This document shows positions 1 through 6,996 of a DNA stretch of 64,000 bases, one piece after another. Every line of letters starts with the position of its first letter. Position 1 is the stretch's first letter. The position numbers and the translations under genes were made by a program. The notes beneath the pieces were generated by a model. It did no database searches. It had not been told where the DNA came from and saw only the letters and a list, made by a program, of their open reading frames with translations. Origin of the DNA: Candidatus Staskawiczbacteria bacterium RIFOXYB1_FULL_37_44 (GTDB taxonomy: Bacteria; Patescibacteriota; Minisyncoccia; Minisyncoccales; Staskawiczbacteraceae); NCBI GenBank assembly GCA_001822065.1, contig MHPJ01000001.1, forward strand, positions 6,870 to 70,869, written 5' to 3'.

Positions 1-1
1 T

Positions 2-1216
2 TACCCTTTAAGGGATATTGCTTTCGGGGAAAAAGTAATAAATGCCAACAGCTATCATGGCATACCAAAAAAAGACAGAAATATTTGGGAACAAACCCGT
101 TCTTTATATGAAGTGGTTTCAAGATTAAAAAGAGTCCCGCTTATCGGCGACGTCTCTTTTTATATCATGGATACATTCCAGAAAATTTTGACTTATTATC
201 CAAAGAGAGATTTGTCAAAGCCGAATTTTGCGCTTAAAAATATTTTTTATTTCATTAAAAAGGGCTGGGGAAAAGATTTAATTGAACGGTTTAAAAAAAA
301 TCCCTTGCCAATGGTTTCCACTTTTTTTACTCCGGCCTTTATGGCGGAAGAACAAAATTATCCAGGTCAAATTTATTGTGTAATTTGCGATGCGGACATT
401 TCAAGGGCTTGGGTTTCTTTGAATCCTGAAGAAAGCAGAATAAAATATTTTGCGTCAAGCACATGGACAAGAGACAGGCTGAAGCTTTATGGGGTAAAAC
501 CGGAAAATATTTATTTAACAGGGTATCCTTTGCCAAAAGAAAATATTGGAGGCGAAGATATGGAAATTGTAAAAGAAGATATGCGCCACAGAATTTTAAA
601 TTTAGATCCAAAAGGAAAATATAGAAAAATGTATGCGTCGCTTGTTGATGGAACTTTGGGAAAACTTCCCGAAAAATCAAACCATCCGCTGACAATAATG
701 TTTTCCATTGGGGGAGCGGGCGCCCAAAAAGAAATTTGCTTGAAGGCGATAAACAGTTTAGCGGAAAAAATAAAAGAGAAAAAAGTGCGCTTTATAATTG
801 CAGTGGGCACCAGAAAAGAGCTGGCAAAATATTTTGCAGAAAATATTAAAGACATAAAATTTGACAATTGGCTGCGCATTTTATCGTCTGATTCAATTGA
901 CGATTACTTTAAAGATTTTGACAAAGCGCTGCGTGAAACAGATGTTTTGTGGACAAAGCCTTCCGAACTTTCTTTTTACGCGGGCTTGGGAATTCCAATA
1001 ATTATTGCCCCGACAATCGGCTCACAGGAAGATTTTAACAAAAGATGGCTTTTGCATATTGGAGCTGGCGCATTGCAGGAAGATCCAAAATATACGGAGC
1101 AGTGGTTCACCGATTTATTGAATGGCGGGGATTTCGCGGAAATTGCCATGCAAGGTTTTATAGAAATCCAAAAATTAGGCGCATATAATATTGAACGAAT
1201 AATATTCAATGGCTAA
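2..1216 (+). CDS. GT-B fold glycosyltransferase-like protein (MGDG synthase/UgtP-like C-terminus), 5'-truncated by window edge
   Basis: Frame is open from base 2; C-terminal GGAG and TKPSEL...GIP...PTIGSQE..N segments typical of MurG/UgtP-type GT-B. Confidence 0.6.
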   Translation, partial: YPLRDIAFGEKVINANSYHGIPKKDRNIWEQTRSLYEVVSRLKRVPLIGDVSFYIMDTFQKILTYYPKRDLSKPNFALKNIFYFIKKGWGKDLIERFKKNPLPMVSTFFTPAFMAEEQNYPGQIYCVICDADISRAWVSLNPEESRIKYFASSTWTRDRLKLYGVKPENIYLTGYPLPKENIGGEDMEIVKEDMRHRILNLDPKGKYRKMYASLVDGTLGKLPEKSNHPLTIMFSIGGAGAQKEICLKAINSLAEKIKEKKVRFIIAVGTRKELAKYFAENIKDIKFDNWLRILSSDSIDDYFKDFDKALRETDVLWTKPSELSFYAGLGIPIIIAPTIGSQEDFNKRWLLHIGAGALQEDPKYTEQWFTDLLNGGDFAEIAMQGFIEIQKLGAYNIERIIFNG

Positions 1217-2231
1217 TATAATAAAAATAGTTTTAATTTTATCGGCAATAATTTTTATTGTAATGGCCGCGGTTTTTTTTACTTATTTTTTTACCGGCAA
1301 AGCCGAAGTAAAAGATAAAATAACTTTTGGGGTTGACTTTTCGCAGTCTCAAGCAGAATATTTTAAACTTAACTGGAAAGCAACTTATTTGGCGATAATT
1401 AATGATTTAGGCGTAAAAAACATAAAATTGCATACAAATTGGAATTGGGTTGAAGGAAAAAAAGATGATTTTTATTTTGGCGATATTGATTGGCAGATAA
1501 AACAGGCAGAACAAAACAATGTAAAAATTATTTACGTGCTTGGAATGAAAACCGGCCGATGGCCAGAATGCCATATTCCCGGCTGGGCGCAAAATTTATC
1601 AGAAAGCAAGCAGCAAACAGAATTGCTAAAATATATAACAGAAGTTGTGCAAAGGTATAAAAATTCAAAAGTAATTGCTTATTGGCAAGTGGAAAATGAG
1701 CCCTTGTTCAGGTTTGGGCAGTGCCCGGCTTGGTATTATAAAAATGACAGCTTTTTAAAAACAGAAGTCGCTTTGGTAAAATCGCTCGACCCTTCGCGGC
1801 AAATAATTATTTCTGATTCTGGCGAGCAGTCTACGTGGGCAAACGCGGCAAAAATTGGGGACATTGTTGGTATCACAATGTACAGAAATGCCTGGGCTCA
1901 CGTAACAGACACTTTTGGATTCAATATAAATTATGCCTTCTTAAATTCGCAAACTTACGCAAAAAAAGCCCAACTAATAAAACAAATGTATGGTAAAGAT
2001 GTAATTTGTATAGAATTGCAGGCAGAGCCATGGGCTTCCGGGCCCTTAATGGCAACTCCCATTGAAGAGCAGGTAAAATCAATGAATCCGCAAATGTTTA
2101 CAGAAGATGTTGAATTTGCAAAAAATACCGGCTTGGACAAATTTTATTTTTGGGGAGTAGAGTGGTGGTACTGGATGAAAACAGTCCAAAATCAGCCAGA
2201 AATCTGGCAAAGGGCAAAGGCCTTATTCTAA
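1209..2231 (+). CDS. Membrane-anchored clan GH-A glycoside hydrolase (GH5/GH42-like)
   Basis: N-terminal TM helix; QVENEP acid/base motif, ELQAEPW nucleophile region, YFWG C-terminal strand. Confidence 0.7.
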   Translation: MANIIKIVLILSAIIFIVMAAVFFTYFFTGKAEVKDKITFGVDFSQSQAEYFKLNWKATYLAIINDLGVKNIKLHTNWNWVEGKKDDFYFGDIDWQIKQAEQNNVKIIYVLGMKTGRWPECHIPGWAQNLSESKQQTELLKYITEVVQRYKNSKVIAYWQVENEPLFRFGQCPAWYYKNDSFLKTEVALVKSLDPSRQIIISDSGEQSTWANAAKIGDIVGITMYRNAWAHVTDTFGFNINYAFLNSQTYAKKAQLIKQMYGKDVICIELQAEPWASGPLMATPIEEQVKSMNPQMFTEDVEFAKNTGLDKFYFWGVEWWYWMKTVQNQPEIWQRAKALF

Positions 2232-2349
2232 GCAAACTAAATTTTAGCAAAAACCATTGCCGTTGTCGTGCCGTTAACAGCGATTTTTATTTATGCTATT
2301 TAAATTAAGGTAGAAACAACAGTTCTTCACAATTTTAGGAGGGTTTGCA

Positions 2350-2873
2350 ATGGAATTTTCCTGGACGATCCTGTTTTGGGTTTTTATCGCGAACGCAGGA
2401 TACATGGGGTTTATGTATTTCCTGCAAGCCGTAGATAAGAGCTTGCCTCCGAGGTGGACTTACATCCCCGGCACTAACCAGAAATTCTTGTATGCGCAGG
2501 ATTTTCACACCTGCTCGTGGGGAGGTTTTTTGCAATTCCGTTGATTGCTAATGCATTCGCGCATTTGGCAATGAGCGGATTTGTCTGGTCATGGCAGTGG
2601 GTGATTTTCGCCGTTATTGCTGTTGTGGACGGTCTTGGTTTCTGGAAAATGTGCCTCGGCGAGAACCACAAGCCAGATCAAGGCTATCCTGAAGCCGGCA
2701 AGATAAGCTGGCACGGACTGTCGCATTTGCCATATCACGGCGTGTTCGTGGCAATGTCTATTTTCGTTATTTGGCACATTTTCGTCGGAAACCTACGAGG
2801 GCCGGTGCTCTATGTCGCGTTGTTAGGCGCCATGATATATATTGTGTTATTTGTTGCCGACATTAGGATTTGA
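2350..2873 (+). pseudogene. Frameshifted multi-TM membrane protein (ORFs 2350-2544 and 2517-2873)
   Basis: AGGAGG RBS before 2350; two overlapping hydrophobic ORFs joined near the T6 run at about 2526-2531; one terminator after 2873. Confidence 0.55.
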
Positions 2874-2900
2874 GAGTCTGATGGAGTTGTCGAGATCGTT

Positions 2901-2934
2901 AGCCGTTGAGCCCGAAAGGTCTCGCGGCTTTTTT
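2901..2934 (+). terminator. Intrinsic terminator
   Basis: agccg-ttgag...ctc-gcggct hairpin followed by T-run. Confidence 0.7.
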
Positions 2935-2949
2935 ATTAAATTTTTATAA

Positions 2950-2985
2950 CATCTTGTAAATAGTAAAGCTTTACTAAATACAAGA
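2950..2985. repeat. 36-bp palindromic repeat A, copy 1 (upstream of PaaX/Cas2-like gene)
   Basis: catcttgtaaatagtaaagctttactaaatacaaga; identical to 3581-3616; perfect 16-bp core tagtaaagctttacta plus outer IR tcttgta/tacaaga. Confidence 0.95.
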
Positions 2986-2998
2986 CGAGATGTAAAAT
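2970..2998 (+). promoter_or_regulatory. Putative sigma70 promoter with -35 inside repeat A
   Basis: TTTACT-N17-TAAAAT. Confidence 0.45.
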
Positions 2999-3035
2999 AG
3001 AATAGAGAAAACGAATAAAATAATAAAAAGATAAA

Positions 3036-3563
3036 ATGAAAATATCAATTACCGATGAATTTCTTTGGGATGTTTATAAGCTTTTAGAAAAAGCAGGCGA
3101 TGTCGCAGATTCTGCATTTAAACCCATAACGATGAGAAATTATCTGCCGGGAGAAGAATGTCCAATTTTTAAGAAATATAAGCACGATAAAAATAAAAGA
3201 AAATTTAGTAATTTAATGTATTATCTTAAAAAGAATGGTTATATCAAAGCAAAAAAAATAGAAAATGGGCAAGGAATAATGATTACAAAGGAGGGAATAG
3301 ATAAGGCGCTAAAAGCAAGTTTTGTTTTAGACGGACATAAAAAGAGAAAAGACGGAAAATGGGTTATGTTAATTTTTGATATACCTCAAAAGCAAAAAAC
3401 AGCTAGAATGTTGTTGCGAAGTATTTTAAGTAATTTAGGGTATAAATTGTTTCAGCAAAGCGTTTGGATTTCACCTTATGATATTTCAGAAAAAACAGAG
3501 AAATTGTTGCAACTGCATTCCCTGGAAAATTATATTAAAATATTTTTAATTGAAAAGCTATAA
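3036..3563 (+). CDS. PaaX-like protein (wHTH plus Cas2-like ferredoxin domain)
   Basis: LKKNGYI...ITKEG wHTH wing; DGKWVMLIFDIP...R..LR..L..LGY..FQQSVWISP matches PaaX central/Cas2-like pattern. Confidence 0.8.
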   Translation: MKISITDEFLWDVYKLLEKAGDVADSAFKPITMRNYLPGEECPIFKKYKHDKNKRKFSNLMYYLKKNGYIKAKKIENGQGIMITKEGIDKALKASFVLDGHKKRKDGKWVMLIFDIPQKQKTARMLLRSILSNLGYKLFQQSVWISPYDISEKTEKLLQLHSLENYIKIFLIEKL

Positions 3564-3580
3564 TATTTTACGCTTATTGG

Positions 3581-3616
3581 CATCTTGTAAATAGTAAAGC
3601 TTTACTAAATACAAGA
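3581..3616. repeat. 36-bp palindromic repeat A, copy 2 (downstream)
   Basis: Identical to 2950-2985, 17 bp after the stop codon. Confidence 0.95.
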
Positions 3617-3741
3617 TAATACAAATCTGAAGATTTCTAAAGATTCAGTTCGAAAAAATTGACATTTTGTGTTGAGGGTATAATATGAAAATGTTGCATC
3701 TTGAAAATAAAAACACCTAAATACAATACAGGAGGAGCGCC

Positions 3742-4341
3742 TTGGAAAATCTGATTAAAAGAATCGTACAAAGAGTCAGGCCGATTTATTTTGGCAGCAA
3801 ATTTTATCCAAAGACATGCTTTAAGCACGCTTTGCGCGTGTCAGAGTTTGCAAAAGATTTTTCTGTGAAACTTGGCGCCAGCCGGTTTATTTCCGAAGCT
3901 GGCGGATTGTTGCATGATATAGGAGCTGCAATGTATGGCCGCGATAATCATCATATCACGGGAGCGCAGGAAGCAACCCTTGTTCTTTTGGACTGCGAAT
4001 GCCCGCTGGATGCTGTCGGCCCAATTGTTAGCGCCGTATATTCTCACAGGGGAAGCGAAAAAATTCCTTTCAAAATTCCCGAAGCAAAGTGCGTGGCGGC
4101 GGCTGACGCGAAAGATCACTTCCTGTTTTTGGAAGAAGTGTGGCAGGCTCAAATGGGTTTGGGACGCACAGAATTGGAGGCGTATACAAGAGTTTCAGAA
4201 GAGTTGAAAAACGATTGGGAAAAAACCGATCCCGAAATCAAGCCCTTGCTTGATGGCGCATATGAAAAGGCAAGGCAAAAACTTCTAAAAATCGCTCTTG
4301 CAAACGGGCGCCATAAAAAAAGCCGCAAGGCGGCAAGGTAG
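3742..4341 (+). CDS. HD-domain phosphohydrolase
   Basis: H..RV...LLHDIG...HH...H...AD motifs; AGGAGG RBS before TTG start. Confidence 0.8.
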   Translation: MENLIKRIVQRVRPIYFGSKFYPKTCFKHALRVSEFAKDFSVKLGASRFISEAGGLLHDIGAAMYGRDNHHITGAQEATLVLLDCECPLDAVGPIVSAVYSHRGSEKIPFKIPEAKCVAAADAKDHFLFLEEVWQAQMGLGRTELEAYTRVSEELKNDWEKTDPEIKPLLDGAYEKARQKLLKIALANGRHKKSRKAAR

Positions 4342-4348
4342 CTATAGC

Positions 4349-4382
4349 AGCCGTTGGTTTCTCAAGATTTCAGCGGCTTTTT
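4349..4382 (+). terminator. Intrinsic terminator
   Basis: agccgttg...cagcggct hairpin plus T-run. Confidence 0.6.
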
Positions 4383-4423
4383 CATTGAATTTGAAAAAAA
4401 ATTAGGATATTATAAAATATATT

Positions 4424-5143
4424 ATGATAAGTATAATTATTCCAGCTTTAAATGAGGAGAAATATTTGCCGTTGCTTTTAGAGTCAATAAAAAAGCAAGA
4501 TTTTAGCGACTATGAAATTATTGTGGCTGATGCTGGATCAACAGATAAAACTTTGGAAATTGCCAAAAATTATGGCTGTAAAATTGTTGGCGGAGGCTTG
4601 CCGGCTAAAGGCAGAAACGAAGGGGCAAAAGTTGCCAGCGGAGAAATTTTGTTTTTTTGCGACAGCGACGTAATTTTAACAGACAATTTTTTTGAAAAGG
4701 GCTTGGAGGAATTTAAAAAAAGAAACCTTGATTTAGCCAGCGTAAGGCTTATTCCTGTGCCCAAAAATAAAGTTTCTTTTTTTCTTGTAAATATTTTTTA
4801 TAACTGGCTGATTATTTTGACAGAAAATATTTTGCCTCACGCGGCCGTGGGTATTTTTGTGAAAAAAGAAATTTTTGATAAAACAGGCGGGTTTGACGAA
4901 ACAGTAAAATTATCTGAAGACCACTATTTTGCAAGGCAGGCAAAAAAATTGCTCAAAGCCAATTTTGGAATTTTAAGATCTGTTGAAATTTTTGTTTCAG
5001 ACAGGCGGTTTAAAACCGACGGCTGGATGTCTGTTGGAACAAGATATTTTCTTTGCGAGCTTTATTCAATTTTTATCGGACCGGTAAAAACAGATATTTT
5101 TAAGTATAAATTTAACCACTATAAAGATAATAAAAAATTATAA
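4424..5143 (+). CDS. GT2 glycosyltransferase
   Basis: SIIIPALNEE, DAGSTD, DSD and ED motifs. Confidence 0.9.
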   Translation: MISIIIPALNEEKYLPLLLESIKKQDFSDYEIIVADAGSTDKTLEIAKNYGCKIVGGGLPAKGRNEGAKVASGEILFFCDSDVILTDNFFEKGLEEFKKRNLDLASVRLIPVPKNKVSFFLVNIFYNWLIILTENILPHAAVGIFVKKEIFDKTGGFDETVKLSEDHYFARQAKKLLKANFGILRSVEIFVSDRRFKTDGWMSVGTRYFLCELYSIFIGPVKTDIFKYKFNHYKDNKKL

Positions 5144-5159
5144 AAAATAAAAATTTATC

Positions 5160-6455
5160 ATGAGCATGTATAAATTGCCAGAATCAAATATTCCGGAAAT
5201 GAAGAAAAAAATTATGGAGTTCTCAAAAAACAGAATTTTTTGGGGCGGAGTTTTTGTGCTGGTTGCGGGGAGCGCAATTGGCCTTGGCGCGGGTTTTGCG
5301 GTTTTAAAATATTTTCCTTCGCAAACGCAAGTATTTTTGCAATATTTCCAAGCAAAAGAAATTGCCCAGCCAACAATTAAAAGCCAGCCTGCTCTTGGAG
5401 AATATACTTCAAATGTTTCTTACGAGCAGGCAATAATTGACGCGTCAAAAGCTGTTTCTCCCTCGGTGGTGAGCATTGTAATTTCAAAAGACGTGCCGAT
5501 TTATGAACAGCAATATGTAAATCCATTCGGCCCGAATTCTCCGTTTGAATTTCTAATTCCTCAACAAGTTCAAAACGGAACGCAGTTGCAGGAAGTCGGG
5601 GCGGGATCTGGTTTTATTGTTTCAGCAGACGGTTTGGTTTTGACAAACAAGCACGTGGTTTCAGACAAACAAGCAGATTATACGGTTTACACAAGCGACG
5701 GAGAAAAATATACGGCAAAAGTTTTGGCCTTAGATCCTGTGCAAGATTTAGCTGTGATAAAAATTGAGGCAAATGGAAAAACATTTCAAAAAGCTGTAAT
5801 TGGAAACTCTTCGGGAATACAGCTCGGCCAGACTGCCATTGCCATTGGCAACGCGCTCGGGCAATTTAGCAATACGGTTTCCGTGGGCATTATTTCCGGG
5901 CTTGCCAGGACAATTTCTGCTTCAGACCAAATTGGAAGCGTTTCGGAAACCTTGGAAGGAATTATCCAGACAGACGCGGCAATCAACTCGGGAAATTCTG
6001 GCGGGCCATTGGTGAATTTAAAAGGAGAAGTTATTGGAATCAACACAGCAATGGCGCGGGGAGCGCAAAGCATCGGTTTTGCCATTCCAATAAATATGGC
6101 GAAGAAAGACATTGAGCAAGTTACAAAAACAAATAAAATTGTTTACCCTTTTTTAGGAGTAAGATACGCGCTTGTAGATGATAAAATAAAGCAAAAATAT
6201 AAATTATCAGTTAATTATGGAGCATTTGTGATTAGCGGGAGCAACGGCGAAACCGCGATAACCGCGGATTCTGCCGCAGACAGGGCAGGAATTAAAGAAA
6301 AAGATGTTATTTTGGAAATTAACAAAGAGAAGATTGCTTTAAACAATTCAATGGCAACAATAATTCAAAAATATAATCCCGGAGATAAAATAACTTTACA
6401 TATTCTGCGCGATAATAAAGAAATGGATGTTGACATAATATTGGGTTCGCGCTAA
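5160..6455 (+). CDS. htrA: HtrA/DegP-family serine protease with PDZ domain
   Basis: GSGFI, TNKHVV, DLAVIKI, QTDAAINSGNSGGPL; N-terminal TM; C-terminal PDZ. Confidence 0.92.
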   Translation: MSMYKLPESNIPEMKKKIMEFSKNRIFWGGVFVLVAGSAIGLGAGFAVLKYFPSQTQVFLQYFQAKEIAQPTIKSQPALGEYTSNVSYEQAIIDASKAVSPSVVSIVISKDVPIYEQQYVNPFGPNSPFEFLIPQQVQNGTQLQEVGAGSGFIVSADGLVLTNKHVVSDKQADYTVYTSDGEKYTAKVLALDPVQDLAVIKIEANGKTFQKAVIGNSSGIQLGQTAIAIGNALGQFSNTVSVGIISGLARTISASDQIGSVSETLEGIIQTDAAINSGNSGGPLVNLKGEVIGINTAMARGAQSIGFAIPINMAKKDIEQVTKTNKIVYPFLGVRYALVDDKIKQKYKLSVNYGAFVISGSNGETAITADSAADRAGIKEKDVILEINKEKIALNNSMATIIQKYNPGDKITLHILRDNKEMDVDIILGSR

Positions 6456-6464
6456 ACTAAAAAT

Positions 6465-6548
6465 ATGAATCAAATCAGCCGTAAAACATCATTTTGGTTT
6501 TATTTTAGCTTCTTTAAGAAAGAGGTTGGTTTGAGAATTCTGAAATAA
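6465..6548 (+). CDS. Putative aromatic amino-acid attenuator leader peptide MNQISRKTSFWFYFSFFKKEVGLRILK
   Basis: 27 codons with 7 of 8 consecutive codons aromatic; overlaps mutually exclusive hairpins. Confidence 0.7.
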   Translation: MNQISRKTSFWFYFSFFKKEVGLRILK

Positions 6549-6600
6549 AACAAAAGTAATTAGAAAATTCAAACGAGCCTCTTTCCAGAGGCTCGTTTTA
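6507..6600 (+). promoter_or_regulatory. Transcription attenuator (1:2, 2:3 antiterminator, 3:4 terminator)
   Basis: 1:2 agcttcttt/aaagaggtt (6507-6527); 2:3 aaagaggttggtttga (6519-6534) pairs with tcaaacgagcctcttt (6569-6584); 3:4 aaacgagcctct-ttcc-agaggctcgttt (6571-6598) plus T-tail. Confidence 0.72.
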
Positions 6601-6627
6601 GTTCATTGGCCAAAGGAGGTTCTTACT

Positions 6628-6882
6628 GTGATAATTAGAATGAAACAAGGCGCGAGTCTGCTCATGGCTGAAGCGAATGCAAAAGTTCTTGCACAAGCCG
6701 GCTTTAATGTTCAAGTCAGAAACGGCGATGGCAATTTTACACTTGCCACGCTGGGTCTTGGAAACCAGTTTTTGCTTCGCGAGAAGCTAATACAGATGGA
6801 AAGCATCGTTGACGACAACAGTCTGTTCAACAATGAGCATGAGAGCTTCAAGGAGGCGTGGGAGTTTTTCCGCGCAAAGTGA
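6628..6882 (+). CDS. Small protein resembling the N-terminal ferredoxin/ACT-like regulatory domain of type I-beta DAHP synthase
   Basis: MIIRMKQGAS...GFNVQVRNG...TLATLG...ESIV pattern resembles AroF N-termini; AAAGGAGG RBS; downstream of aromatic attenuator. Confidence 0.5.
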   Translation: MIIRMKQGASLLMAEANAKVLAQAGFNVQVRNGDGNFTLATLGLGNQFLLREKLIQMESIVDDNSLFNNEHESFKEAWEFFRAK

Positions 6883-6889
6883 TTCGTTT

Positions 6890-6917
6890 GCGGCTGGACT
6901 TATCCGGCCGCTTTTTT
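6890..6917 (+). terminator. Intrinsic terminator
   Basis: gcggctgga-ctta-tccggccgc plus T6. Confidence 0.8.
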
Positions 6918-6996
6918 GTCTGTCTGTCTTGAAAACGTATTGAAAATATGGTAATATAATAATATAATTTTAATAATTTTTTATCATAATTTAAGT

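Noticed and set aside
2950..3616. CRISPR array (36-bp palindromic repeat next to a Cas2-like gene)
   Set aside because: Only two copies separated by a 595-bp gene-containing interval; no spacer-sized periodicity and no cas1 or effector genes.
3659..3684. TTGACA...TATAAT consensus promoter
   Set aside because: Spacer is only 14 bp; a promoter is plausible but the boxes cannot be assigned confidently.
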